Notes: generated from the sequence alone by a model not told the origin. A stretch of DNA of 64,000 nucleotides from Octopus bimaculoides (GCF_001194135.2 NC_068983.1:58713128-58777127); one strand, 5' to 3'; counted from the first letter of the stretch, positions 1-12,232 are shown. Numbers and translations are program-made.

Positions 1-236
1 AGGAAATTAATTTTCACATTGTCTGATAATTAAATCAGGCATTCTAAAAAATTTCGAAGCTTCATTTGCATCCAATTTAATCCTGTTACTTCCATCTAAT
101 GAAAAACTCAGTAAATTTATATTCTACGGGTACCTGACAGTGAAGCAGTAAGGTCGAAGGTTCATATCCTGATTCTGACATTTTGTTGTATCCATGTCCA
201 GAATGGTTAACTGTAAACGGTCAAGATCACCCGAAA

Positions 237-272
<36 letters not shown>

Positions 273-607
273 TTGTTGATAATATCCTTGCTGTTGTTTA
301 AGTGTTGTTTGAATACATCCCCATCATCATCTCAGAGATAACTGAAGTTTCTTGGTAAAGTATACAAAAGCCCTGGGCCCTTCAATACTGAGTTGCAAGA
401 GAAATAGGTCCTTATTCTAAAGGAGGAACATGTGGTATTATTCAGTTGTGTCCCATTCAGCTGGGTTGGTATAGCTTTCAGTCCTGAAGTTAAGTACTAG
501 ACCATTCAGGATCTTATATATATGTAGAACAGTGGTGCTGGGGGCATGACTGCAGCTTTGAAGATGAAACAGTTTAAAGATTTAAAGATATATATGAATA
601 ATACATA

Positions 608-722
608 GGGGTGCTGAATAAGACAGTAAAAGAAAATGCAGGAGACTCAGTTAATTGTGATTTTTCTCAACTTATTCAAACAATTATTGCCGTGGTCCTT
701 CAGTTTTTCTAAGCCTTGTGAA
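608..722 (+). mobile_element. Degenerate fragment of the mariner-derived MITE family seen at 12233-12450
   Basis: Begins TA-GGGGTGCTGAATAAG, like the TIR at 12233. Shares the internal motif TTATTGC..GGTCCTTCAGTTTTTCTAAGCC with that copy. No right TIR seen. Confidence 0.4.
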
Positions 723-957
723 TGCAATTAATAGGAAGAAGAATACATAGAGAGGGATAAGCATTTTGTTAGCAGTGTTTTTTGTTCATTAGCATTACGA
801 TTTTGACACTGGAAATCTGGAATCATTCATTCATTTAGAAAGCACAAGGCATAAAAAATATTAACAAAACTGATTCAAGATTGAGGATTAAAAGTACAGT
901 GGCATGTAGCATAAGGCAGGGATAAAAAATATAGACAAATATTTAGAAATGTATTAG

Positions 958-1315
958 TTACAAGAGCATTTAGAGAGTACAAACCTCCACCAAGGCAATA
1001 CCAACGTCCACTCAACGATTAGCCAGAGATGATTTTTAAAATGAGAATATCTGAAATAAACGTGACTGCTCTCACAAATGAGAATGCTAAATATGAACCC
1101 AACAGCTCTCAAAACTTAAGTAAAAAAACAGGAAAATTAATCCAGATTCTTTGTCTAATATTGGATCGATCCCAAATCTAATCAGTTTGTGCCAGTTATG
1201 AGGCCAAATATCCCTAGAAGTTTCATCCGAATCCATCCAGGGATATCTTGTTTAGTGACAAACAAACAAAGAAACACAAGTGGAAACAATATCTTCGCTA
1301 AGGTGGAGGTAATAA
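958..1315 (-). mobile_element. Helentron-associated non-autonomous element (HINE/DINE-1-like), copy 1
   Basis: Reverse complement aligns along its length with 24214-24582. It has a 5' TTATTACCTCCACC.. end, an internal (TTTG)n, a 3' inverted CCTTGGTGGAGGT, and a short degenerate hairpin end. Confidence 0.65.
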
Positions 1316-1522
1316 AGGAGTTTATCGAAGATTTGAGCCAGAAACAGAGGATATGTTATCTTAAAGGAAATTCCAAAAAGTTTCGTATGTGTATTTCGTG
1401 TGCAAGATTCTTAATGTGGATACGTGTGTTGAAAGAAATACAATTAAACCTTGGGAGAGGCATTATGCCGGTAATAAACACACGCACTGGTTCAGTCCTT
1501 TATTAATTTATATAGTTTTTTT

Positions 1523-1563
1523 GTTAAATTATTTCATTGCACTCATGCAATCTCTTCAGTAAC
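1523..1563 (-). ncRNA. Minimal type-I hammerhead-ribozyme-like motif (left arm of foldback)
   Basis: Minus strand reads GTTA-CTGAAGA-G-ATTGCA-TGAG-TGCAAT-GAAA-TAA-T-T-TAAC. This gives stem I GTTA/TAAC, a CUGANGA core, a 6-bp stem II, GAAA, and a UH site. Confidence 0.55.
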
Positions 1564-1589
1564 TTGTCTCTCCGGAAGTGGAGAGACAA

Positions 1590-1630
1590 GTTACTGAAGA
1601 GATTGCAAGAGTGCAATGAAATAATTTAAC
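1590..1630 (+). ncRNA. Minimal type-I hammerhead-ribozyme-like motif (right arm of foldback)
   Basis: GTTA(1590-93) CTGAAGA(1594-1600) G ATTGCA-AGAG-TGCAAT(1602-17) GAAA(1618-21) TAA T T TAAC(1627-30). AATAAA follows downstream. Confidence 0.55.
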
Positions 1631-2618
1631 AAAAAACTATATAAATTAATAAAGGACTGAACCAGTGCATGTGTTTATTACCGGCATAATGCCTCTTCCA
1701 AAAAGTTTTTCATCAAAATACAACCTGATGGCTAGAGAGAGATTGTAAATGTACGCAGTCTAGGTGATGCTTGGGAGAATAAAGGAGAGAAAGGTGTAGG
1801 GGAGTTAGCTGGAGCATGTTGTATGAAAGTGAGTGTGGGGAAGAGGTAGTAAAAGACTAGTGGAGAGAGGCTGAGAGTGAGAGGGTAAAATAAAGCAAGA
1901 GAAACAATGTTATACACACACACACACACATGCACATATATGTAATATATACATATACACACTCACATATACTCGCAGTTATGCATATGTAAGTGTATAT
2001 ATACACATATATGTATGTATGTGCATGTATGCATATATATGTATTTTATATATGTACATGCATAAAATATCAGCTATATTAATGCATTGTCTCTAACTCA
2101 TGAACTCTCCTTTTTCTCTCTCTTTTTTCTTCACCTTTCCTCAGTTCTCTCCCCTCCCTCTTACCACCCCTCCCTTTTTCTTTATTCCTCACCCTCTTTC
2201 TTTCTCTTTCCCCTCAACATTTATTACATTAACATTGCTTCCTTTACTGAGATTAATCATGATTTATTTTTTAACCAGCAGAAAACTATAAAGAAACATA
2301 AAATAAAATACAACTTTGATTTAAAAAAATACCCACAGAAAATTGAAAAGTTCCCCTATTTTTTTTTTTTGTTAGCTTGATAGAGAATTTTTCTTAGAGT
2401 GGAACCAATTCTAGCAAGAATGCAAGTAGGGAAATTTGGATATTTCTACTTCCCAATCTCTGTTGCATGCAATAAATTTTAGGGAGATAAAAAGACTCTT
2501 CTGAATTGTTACTCTTTTGTCAACTAATAGTTAATTTAGAAATGTTTCTTTACTATGGGTCTCTCTCTTTCTCTCTCATTCGTTTTATATCTTTCATTTA
2601 CCTTATTTTTCTTTTTCC

Positions 2619-2721
<103 letters not shown>

Positions 2722-2935
2722 ATTTCTATCAAAATGCGAGAATTTTCAAGCTCCAGTCAAAAGCAAGACAGTTGTGGCATAGACATATAGCTTTCTATCA
2801 ACTTTTCAAAATCAGAAAGATCTGTGAAAGCCTTCAAATATAAACCATCTAAAAGAAAATGCATTATTTTCAATTTATTGCTTGCCTGCATACGCATGTG
2901 TGTGCTTGTGTCTGTGTTTGTGCATGGAAATATAT

Positions 2936-3100
2936 CATCGTCATTTAACGTCGTTTTTTGATGCTGATGTGGGTTGGATTATCCAACAGGAACCAATGAG
3001 TCAAAGGGCTGTGCCACCCTACAATAACTGTTTTGACATGATTTCTACGGCAGGATGCCCTTCCTAACAGCAACCACTTTCTAGAATGTGCTGGGTTCTC
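2936..3100 (-). mobile_element. Degenerate RTE LINE 3' end
   Basis: CATCGTCATTTAACGTC..GGGTTGGA..TTTCTAC.GC.GGATGCCCTTCCTAAC matches the reverse complement of the 3' end of the RTE at 19902-21290. Confidence 0.7.
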
Positions 3101-3214
3101 GTTGATGCTAGTTGGGTTACCAAGTACTCGCAAGGGAAATCGCATTGACAAAATAGGATATAGTATTGAAAGATGTGAAAATATGTATGTGTGAGCATGT
3201 GACTGTCTAGAATA

Positions 3215-3259
<45 letters not shown>

Positions 3260-3350
3260 TACTTGCATTAATTTGAATTTATAAATATGAACACATGTAT
3301 GTCCATGCATACAATGTGCACATACATATACTAGTTCACATAACGACACC

Positions 3351-3503
3351 TTCTGGGTTCAAATTTCGGTGAGGTCGACTTTGCCTTTCATTCTTTCGGG
3401 GTCGATAAATAAAGTACCAGTTGTGTACTGAGGTCTAATCTAATCGACTGGCCCCCTCCCCCAAAATTTGGGGCCTTGTGCCTAGAGTAGAAAAGAAATT
3501 ATT
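3351..3503 (+). mobile_element. SINE-C, 5'-truncated
   Basis: B-box-like GGTTCAAATTTC, central GCCTTTCATTCTTTCGGGGTCGATAAATAAAGTACCAG, tail GGCCTTGTGCCTAGAGTAGAAAAG. Homologous to 32631-32848. Confidence 0.8.
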
Positions 3504-3838
3504 CTACATTTAAAGGGGCACCTTTCTAATTTGGCAGTGTAGTATGGAACAGCTTTTTTGAAAGTAGCTTTATCAGCGGATAGGCTCGAAAAGAGCTTGT
3601 TAATATTATAAACTAATTGTTTATGGTGATATATATAGATATGTGTGTATATATACGTGAGTGTGTGTGTGTGTGTGTGTGNNNNNNNNNNNNNNNNNNN
3701 NNNNNNNNNNNNNNNNNNNNNNNNNNNNNNNNNNNNNNNNNNNNNNNNNNNNNNNNNNNNNNNNNNNNNNNNNNNNNNNNNNNNNNNNNNNNNNNNNNNN
3801 NNNNNNNNNNNNNNNNNNNNNNNNNNNNNNNNNNNNNN

Positions 3839-4186
3839 GCCTTGAAGTACTTTTCATCAAATGAATTGATCCCAGTACTTAATATTTTTTAAAGCCTTAT
3901 ACTTACTCTATCAGTAACGTTTGCCGAACCACTAAGTTAGGGGGACGTAAACACGATAGTAACAGTTGTCAAGCGGTGGGGGGGGGGACAAACACAGACA
4001 CAAAGATACATTGATATATACATATGATAGGTTTCTTTCAGTTTCTGTCTACTAAATCCACTCACAATGCTTTGGTTGGCCAGGGCTATAGTAGAAGGTA
4101 CTCACCCAAGGTGCCATGCAGTGGGACTGAACCCAGAAACATGCGATTGGAAAGGAAGCTTCTTACCACACAGCCACGCCTGCGCC
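3839..4186 (-). mobile_element. SINE-A (tRNA-headed, internal microsatellite), 3' end lost in the gap
   Basis: Reverse complement of the family seen at 33483-33886. Head GGCGCAGGCGTGGCTGTGTGGTAAG, B box GGTTCAGTCCC, CACCTTGGG motif. Confidence 0.9.
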
Positions 4187-4499
4187 TAAGGTTTATTATG
4201 AGGCATGTTTCAACGAATAAGTGCAATGGCATAATGGTATGTATTTGAAAATGTACCTGTAATATCGGTAGCAATATTAAACAGTATGGGAATTTGGCAG
4301 AATTTTCTTTTTAGTAGATCTTTTGGTCTATTAATATTATCAAGAAGTTACTGAAAGTGACAAATGGGAAAAATTGTTACAATATCGGGCAATATGCTTA
4401 GGAGCATCAATTTACTCCTTCCCCTATCTTGCTGGCCTTATGCCCACCTACAGTTTGGAACCCATATATAGAACAATATTTACATTGGACAGACAGGTG

Positions 4500-4880
4500 T
4501 CCTTACTTTGTTGTTACCCCAGTGTTTCAGCTGATGTACTCTCCAGCCTTCATCAGGTGGTGGTCTGGTGGAATTTCAAACCCAACCCTTTATTTGACTA
4601 CTGGGGTACTCTCTTCTCATTCCTAAGATATTTCTTGTTGTTGTTATTATTTACATTATTTACTATTGACGGATATTTCTTCTCATCTTGTTTGTTGTTA
4701 ACTCAACGTTTCAGCTGATATACCCTCTGCCCTTCATCAAGTGTCTTGAGGAAATTTCGAACTTGGGTTCTCATTCCTAAGGTATTTTTCAATGATATTA
4801 TTATTACTATTATTATAATTATAATTATTAGTATTCAGGTCAGTCAGAATCTTGGTGTTAGTAGCCTGCACTCTTGTTTG
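4500..4880 (-). mobile_element. SINE-D: tRNA-like head plus two tandem units, each with a hammerhead-like motif
   Basis: Homologous to 12864-13097. Both units start CTTAGGAATGAGAA. Cores are TTGATGA (4734-4740) with GAAACGTT and CTGATGA (4550-4556) with GAAACAC. Confidence 0.75.
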
Positions 4881-5175
4881 GCGGTAGGTTCCAGAAGCTG
4901 GCTCTTGTTTAACCACTGTTTAAGTATGATAGAATTGTGGAAAAATATCTCCTTTGGATTATTATTTGTTATGATCCAAGGTTCACATCCTGGGCTCACA
5001 ACGCTTCATCAACTAAGGGGAGGTGGAAACTTTCATGAAGATCTTCGTCTCAAAGGGCAATAACTGATATCAGTATGAGATCAAAGAACTGACAGAATGG
5101 TGACTACAGATGGTGCAACACAATGGCTTCTACTTTGAATGCTAGACTACTTTTGGTGAAACCTAATGAATGAAG

Positions 5176-5552
5176 TGTGGCACTCTATCGGTTGCGACAA
5201 TGAGGGTTCCAGTTGATCCGATCAGTGGAACAGCCTGCTGTGAAATTAATGTACAAGTGGCTGAGCACCCCACAGACACTACCCTTAATGTAATTCTCAG
5301 GGAGATTCAACATGACACAAAGTGTTACAAGGCTGGCCCTTTGAAATACAGGTACAACAGAAGCAGGAAGAAAGAGTGAGAGAAAGTTGTGGTGGAAGAG
5401 TACAACAGGGTTCGCCACCATCCCCTGCCGGAGCCTCGTGGAGATTTAGGTGTTTTCGCTCAATAAATACTCACAACGCCCGGTCTGGGAATTGAAACCG
5501 CGATCCTACGACTGCGAGTCCGCTGCCCTAACCACTGGGCCATTGCGCCTCC
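5176..5552 (-). mobile_element. SINE-B (tRNA-Arg-like head), full length
   Basis: Reverse complement of the family at 27438-27824. Candidate 17-bp TSD at 5159-5175 and 5553-5569 (14/17 identical). Confidence 0.92.
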
Positions 5553-6034
5553 ACACCTGATGAATAAAGCATATAAGTTACCAAAATATTACAAAACTTC
5601 TGACTCAGCATAATAGTTTATGGTGAAATGATTTAGAAACTTGAGAGGAAATCTCTTAGAAAAATCTCTGATAAGCAGTTTGGGGCATAACTGTAGATTC
5701 ATAACATTGTTAGCAGCCATTTTAATTTACAATCCATAATTTGATTTAATTGTGAAAAATAGAGTTGTTCCTGTGAAACAGCCATGTCATTGTAAAGAAT
5801 AGAAATACGTAATAATGGATCGCACATTGGAGGCCTCTACGAGCGATCGTTTGTATAATTTGTATTTTACAAGTAATTTTAATAATCTCTGTTTAAACAC
5901 TTCTCAGACTGCCAAACCATGTGCACATGCACAGACTCACACACATATACATGCACACATACATAATGTCACACACACACATTCTCACACACACAAACAT
6001 ACACTCACACTCTCTCTCCCTCACACACACGTTT

Positions 6035-6069
<35 letters not shown>

Positions 6070-6689
6070 NNNNNNNNNNTTTCCAAAACATATTTTCTGT
6101 GTAATCATTACAGAAATAACACATTATCTTACAAGTTAGACCTAATTATTTTGATTAACTTCATCTCGATAATCATTCGTGTTAACAACCAAGCAAATAT
6201 TCCGATGAGAAATTAATGGAAATAGTAACTGCTGCAATACTGAACAGCATTTAGAACTTAAGTCGCCAGACATTTTGTCACCGCAATTTTTTTTATTTTT
6301 TTTATTTTAAAATATAATTTAATTGTTGGAAAATTCAGCTTTTTTTTTTTGCATTAACTTTATTTTCATTGAAATACTGAAGAAAACTATACTCATAAAA
6401 TGCAGGGCAATCTCCCGTAGCTAGTAATAGTAATAAATGTGAACTAACATAGGACGAGCAACGACTAATTTTAAATATTTCTTCGTGATACCGATGGCTG
6501 TTTAGAGATTTAAATGGAAGCTCGCTGTTTGAACAGTGAGATTATTCAAACTTTATAAATCCTTTATACGCTGAAGCAAACAAACGAAGGTAGAATGGAA
6601 TTGTCAGCTTAACATAATATCATTAGTGTTAGAAAAAGAAGCCTACTTCCGTTAAATCAAAATACTTTTAGATTATTATCATTATATTA

Positions 6690-7018
6690 TTAGTATTATC
6701 ATTCAGTAGTCTTATTTTTATCACGTGCTTTCACTGCACTACCGAACACAGCTCTGTGTGCCTTGGATATGTCCTGTGGTTTGTTGTGATGCTCTTATTG
6801 TTACTGTATTGAAAGTGTTTTATGTAGGATGTTTGCAGTGCCTTGTAATGCTGTTTTCTGTATGTTATATGTTTGTTGGCCCTGGTGTTTTTGCTATGTA
6901 TTTGTCTGAGTATTTTTTCATCATACCTAATGCACCTATTATGATAGGAATTGTTTCTGCTTTTCGGCTCCACAATCGAGTTACCTCCATTGCCAGGTTT
7001 TTGTATTTTGAAAGCTTA
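6690..7018 (-). mobile_element. R4/Dong-like RLE-type LINE 3' fragment
   Basis: Translates KLSKYKNLAMEVTRLWSRKAETIPIIIGALGMMKKY..., the RLE C-terminal K-KY / PIIIGALG signature. Same 3' UTR as 62078-62432. Ends in ATT-rich repeats. Confidence 0.8.
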
Positions 7019-7020
7019 CT

Positions 7021-7298
7021 CTCTTTTACTCTTTTACTTGTTTCAGTCATTTGACTGTGGCCANNNNNNNNNNATTCTTTTATTCTTTTATTTGTTTCAG
7101 TCATTTGACTGCGACCATGCTGGGGCACCGCGTTTAGTCGAACGAATCGACCCCAGGACTTATTCTTTGTAATCCTAAGACTTATTCTCTCAGTCTCTTT
7201 TGCTGAACTGCTAGATTATGGGGATGTAATCACACCAACATCGGTGTCAACTGATGGTAGGGGGACAAACACAGATACACAAAAACACACACATACAT

Positions 7299-7329
<31 letters not shown>

Positions 7330-7486
7330 CGATGAACTTCTTTCAGTTTCCATCTACCCAATCCACTCAAAAGGCATTGGTCGGCCTGAGGCTACAGTAG
7401 AAGAGACTTGCCCAAGGTGCCATGCAGTGGGACTGAACCCGGAACCATGTGGTTGGGAAGCAAGCTTCTTACCCACACAGCCACTA
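7021..7486 (-). mobile_element. SINE-A, near full length
   Basis: Tail (CTCTTTTA)n, body, microsatellite and head all present. Contains a 10-N gap with duplicated flanks. Confidence 0.92.
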
Positions 7487-8364
7487 TATAACGTTTATAG
7501 TTTTCCTTTTTGATACACATGACTTACTGCTGCCTAAATTTATCTGTATACACATTAGCGATTCACTAAATCATCCTTGGATTTCTATGGTGTAGACATA
7601 TATGCTTGCAGTGATCGTCAAACTGGAACAACTGAGTCAGGCCGATCCCACTGCTAGCAATGTACTTCTGGAAGTTCTTACTCTTCGATCACTATCACAA
7701 ACAGCAGTAACTTTCTTCAGCTGAATACACATCATTGATTGGTTAAAGTTATCCAAATACGACAACTTTAATGTGAAATAACTTCTAAAATATAAAATTT
7801 TGTCAAAAATGTTGAAAGTATACATGTTCAACATGAGAAATTACACCAGTATACGAAGTTTCAAACTGTTTAGTTAAAAAAAAATAATTAAAAAATCTGT
7901 CAGACAAACTGAAGAGATCCAAATTGAACCTGGTTCAGCTTGAGGCTTAACAGATCCTGTCAAACCGTCTAACCCATGTCTGCTTGGAAAACAGGCGTTA
8001 AATGACAAGGATAATAATATTAGTAGTGGTGGTGGTAGTAGTGGTGGTAGTACATGGAATGTTTGATGTACTTGAAGAAAATTGGTTTCTAAATAATAAT
8101 CTGAAATTCTGTAATAATAAAAGCGACATTTATCTGAAACAACCAGCGAAGACAGCCAGTTCTGATAGCTTTGGCACCAAATCCATTAGATTATGTTCTA
8201 GTAAAACTGAAAGAGAACAAAAAATATGTTCAAAATGTAAAACTATACAAAAATAATATGTAATTTGGAATATGTAAGAGGAAAATATATGGAAAAAAAA
8301 ACTAATAGAATTAGCTTGAAAGTAACAATGCCAACAGCATGACTAATAATAATAATAATAATGG

Positions 8365-8410
<46 letters not shown>

Positions 8411-8639
8411 TAGCATCATCATTGTCGTAATCAATCATAGTTACTGTATTTCCTATAAATCTTCTTTGCTTTTTTGGTTTCTTTTATTTATTTATTTTTG
8501 CAGAAGTGCTGATGGATTATATAAATGAATGGTTGAGAGGAATTCATGTAGTAATAATTGCATTCTCTGAAATTTAGAAGAATTAACCATTTGTTGTTCC
8601 TGAAAGTGATCCAGCATAAATATTCAACTTATTGACTTG

Positions 8640-9122
8640 CTTCTTCTTCTTCTTCTTCTTCTTCTTCTTCTTCTTCTTCTTCTTCTTCTTCTTCTTCTCC
8701 TTTTTACTTTTCTTCTCTTTCTTTCTTCTCTTTCTTTCTTCTCTTTTTCTTTTCTCTTTTCTCTTTTCTTTCCTTTTTTCTCCTTTTCTCATCTCCTTTT
8801 TCTTCTCCCTCTCCTCTCTCTCCTCCTTTTTCTTCTCCCTCTCCTCTCCCTCCTCCTCATTCTCATTCACCTTCTCTTCCTCCCTTTTCTCCTTCTCCTT
8901 CTCCTCCTTCTCTTTTCCTTTTTTCATTATTCTTCTCTTCCTCCTCTTTCTTTCCTTCTTCCCTTCCTCCTTCTTCATCTCCAATCCTCCTCCTTCATTT
9001 CCACTCTTCCAACTCATTCTGTTTCTCTTTTTTTTGTTTTTCCCTCTTCCCCCTTCTTGTTCTTTTCTTCATTTTTCTTATTCTTCTGCTCCTCTTCTCT
9101 TTTCCCTTCTTCTTCTCCTCTC
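8640..9122. repeat. (CTT)n followed by a long polypyrimidine low-complexity tract
   Basis: Read directly. Confidence 0.95.
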
Positions 9123-9609
9123 ATCAAGCAGAACCATGATTAAATTCCAGCTGTACCTTGATCTACATTACCCCATGTCCCTCTTTTCTTAAGATGGTAA
9201 AGGATGATTTTAGGGATTTTTGCATCTATTTTCAGCTGATCAAATGACTATAATAAACTCCCTCGTTTATTCAATCATGCTCTGTTGATTACAAACACAC
9301 AGACACACCTTTAAATCTGTATTTTTGTGATGAGAGTTTGACTAGCTGAGTCAGAAACAGAATAGCAGCAACCAGGATCACTTTTAGGACATCTAAAACT
9401 GAGAAATGGAATGGAATGGTGGAATCCACCTTGAATGCTTGCAACAGAAAGAATGCTAAACTAGGAAACAGCTTTAGTCTGCCCTCCAAGATGATAAACA
9501 ACCTCTTTGAATGTGTTGTATACAGTTTTCCATAGTCCATATTTAATTAGTGAAACCCAGCCTGAATGCTTGCAAACAAGTCGATTACATTGGGTTATAT
9601 TTATATTAA

Positions 9610-9702
9610 GAAGACACTTGCCCCAGATGACATGCAGTGTGACTGAACTCAAAATTACATGGTCTGGAAGAAAGCTTGTTACCCACACAGCCATATTCAC
9701 AC
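9610..9702 (-). mobile_element. Degenerate SINE-A head
   Basis: AGAAGACACTTGCCC..GACTGAACTC..ACACAGCCA. Confidence 0.6.
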
Positions 9703-10049
9703 CACGTGAAGCAATTGCCTTTATAGCAATCACTTCTGGAAACAGATAAAGTCTGTTTTAAACCAGCCATGCAAAACTGAGCAAAGAGATGTATATTGGC
9801 TCAAAAGTTCCCCTGAATGGTTTGTGGGGTTCATACAGTTTGAACCCATAACACTGTAGTCAGTGGTCTAGAGATTTTTCCGAACAGCGATTGTGTCTAT
9901 AACCTTACATTTATTCTCCAATAATACTTGGAAATTTCTAAAGGATTCTTCTAGGAATAGCTGTGTGTGTGACTCACACATATACATTCTCATTAAGACA
10001 CACACCCACACATACACTCATGCACGTACACGCACATACACACGTGCAT

Positions 10050-10095
<46 letters not shown>

Positions 10096-10840
10096 TCACA
10101 TATCTACACACTGACTCTCATTCGAATGCCTACACACACACACACTCACACACACACATACACACATTTCACATGCACTCACACATTCTCTCTCTTACAC
10201 ACGCACGTACACTTTAGCATACATATACACACACACCAGCACACATATACACTTTCTCTCTCTCATATACACACACACACAAACACATGCATACACGCAC
10301 ACAAACATATCTCTTTTATCTCTCGTTATCTCCGCTAATTGGAGCTATGCTGTAAGTCCCTATTTCCATACTTATGCTGCAGGGTAGATTCCCGTGCTTT
10401 GTGATGTAAATTCTCACCAAATATTTCTCAAAGTCGGCATCAATATTTGTCAATATTGATATGAATGGCTTTGTTATTACCTGAGAGACATTAAAGAGAT
10501 AGCCGAGAGATCTTTAGGTGCCTTGATTGGAAATGTGGGAGGGTAGATTGACAGGGCATCATAATAACTAGCCAGAAGCTCTGTAGGTAGTTATGCATTA
10601 CTTGTGTATTTGGTGAATGGACAAGACATTTAACAAGGCATATAACCGGCCTCAAATGGTATATTCTACCAAGTAATAAATAACTATTACATGGCAGGAC
10701 TAATTCATTGTTGTAAGCAGTAGAAACACGGTAAGTTTAAGAGCGTTTTGTTAATTCTTTTACTGTCTTCAAACATCTTGTGTGGTCATAAATTACATAA
10801 TGTCGTGACAAGGATACACATACACAAACATATATATATA

Positions 10841-12087
10841 TTGGGTCATCCCATAAATAACGTGGTTTTGTATGCTTCTCTTACTTTTCAAAATAAGATA
10901 AACAACGTTCTTTTTTAATCTAAAATATACTCTCCTTCATTTTCTACAATGCTCTTCCATCCATCTGGTAGACTTGCAAGGCCCCTCTTCCAAAATTCAC
11001 TTCGTCATCATCATCATCATCATCATCCTTTAACGTCCGCTTTCCATGCTAGCATGGGTTGGACGACTTCACTGAGGACTGGTGAAACCGGATGGCAACA
11101 CCAGGCTCCAATCTAAATTTGGCAGAGTTTCTACAGCTGGATGCCCTTCCTAACGCCAACCACTCAGAGAGTGTAGTAGGTGCTTTTACGTGTCACCTGC
11201 ACGAAGGCCAGTCTGGCGATACTGGTAACGGCCACGCTCGAAATGGTGTCTTTTATGTGCCACCCGCACAAGCCAGTCCAGGGGCACTGGCAACGATCTC
11301 GCTCGAAAATCCTACGGAGGCCAGTCAGGTGGTACTGGCAACGGCCACGACAAAAAAATACTCCTCCAGTACTGCTTTGACCTCGTCTACAGAATTCATA
11401 TTTTTTCCATGCAAATGATTTTGAAGACTGCGGAATAAATGATAATCAGATGGGGCAGTGTATGGCAAATATGGTGGGTAGGGCATCGTTTCCCATTCAA
11501 ATTGCTCCAGCCTTTGGAATGTCATCCTTGCTGTATGTGGCCAAGCATTATCCTGACAGAAGAACACCTTTTGTCTTGAAACCAAAGATGGTTGTTTTCC
11601 AATGGTACGCAGGTGTCAATGAATGGTTGAATGATCAAATCCAAGCTTCTCTGCTATTTCCTCAACAGTTACGATGGGATTTTGTTCCACCAGGGTTTGC
11701 AAGACCTCCTTGTCAAACTCTACAGATCTTCCAGGATGAGGCTTGTCTTCTAGGCTGTAGTTTCTGGCTCAGAATTCCTGGAACCACCTTATTCTTACTG
11801 TCCAATTCCCATATGCTGCATTAATATTCCTCACACTTTCTGTTGCATCGTTGCCTTTATTGAACTCATAAAGCAAAATATGCTGAATATACTCCTTTGT
11901 CACTTCCATTATACCTTTGAAAAAAATAACTGTTAAAATGGAACTGCACTCTTCAAAACTTGCACTAAGAATAAGGTAAAATTACTACCTGCTTTTAGAG
12001 CAAGTTGATGCAAGTAGTTTATCCTGTCCCCTTCCAACTTTTAGTTCATGCGACTGAAAAAACCACATTATTTATGGAATGACCCAA
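10841..12087 (-). mobile_element. Mariner DNA transposon, internally deleted and non-autonomous, with a nested RTE 3' end
   Basis: TIRs TTGGGTCATCCCATAAATAACGTGGTTTT and AAAACCACATTATTTATGGAATGACCCAA, with TA on both sides (10839-40, 12088-89). Transposase remnants: MEVTKEYIQHILLYEF.. (ATG at 11909), DNAWPH, YTAPSDYHLF, FWKRGLASLPDGWKSIVENEGEY. Confidence 0.93.
11006..11360 (-). mobile_element. RTE LINE 3' UTR fragment inserted in the mariner
   Basis: (CAT)n tail, then TTTAACGTCCGCTTTCCATGCTAGCATGGGTTGGACG. It splits the transposase between EEYF and SEFWKRG. Confidence 0.9.
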
Positions 12088-12232
12088 TATTTTTATAACA
12101 GGCTTCTTTAAGTTTCCATCCACCAACATATGTGTGTGTGTGTGTGTATGTGCGTGCATGTATGTATGTGTGTGTATGTGTGTGAATTATTAAGGTGGTA
12201 ATCCACAATTTAAAAACCAAAAGGCACAAGTA

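Larger units (their letters stand above)
1451..1701. repeat. Near-perfect foldback: arms 1451-1573 and 1580-1701, 6-nt loop GGAAGT
   Basis: The arms are reverse complements over ~122 bp, with 3 substitutions and a 1-nt homopolymer indel by manual comparison. Confidence 0.95.

Noticed and set aside
8504-8560. Plus-strand exon candidate after a strong polypyrimidine/CAG (VLMDYINEWLRGIH)
   Set aside because: No convincing donor and a stop follows shortly. Needs RNA-seq.
8583-9192. Long ORFs (poly-F/L, K/E-rich)
   Set aside because: They are translations of the (CTT)n/polypyrimidine tract, with no real coding signal.
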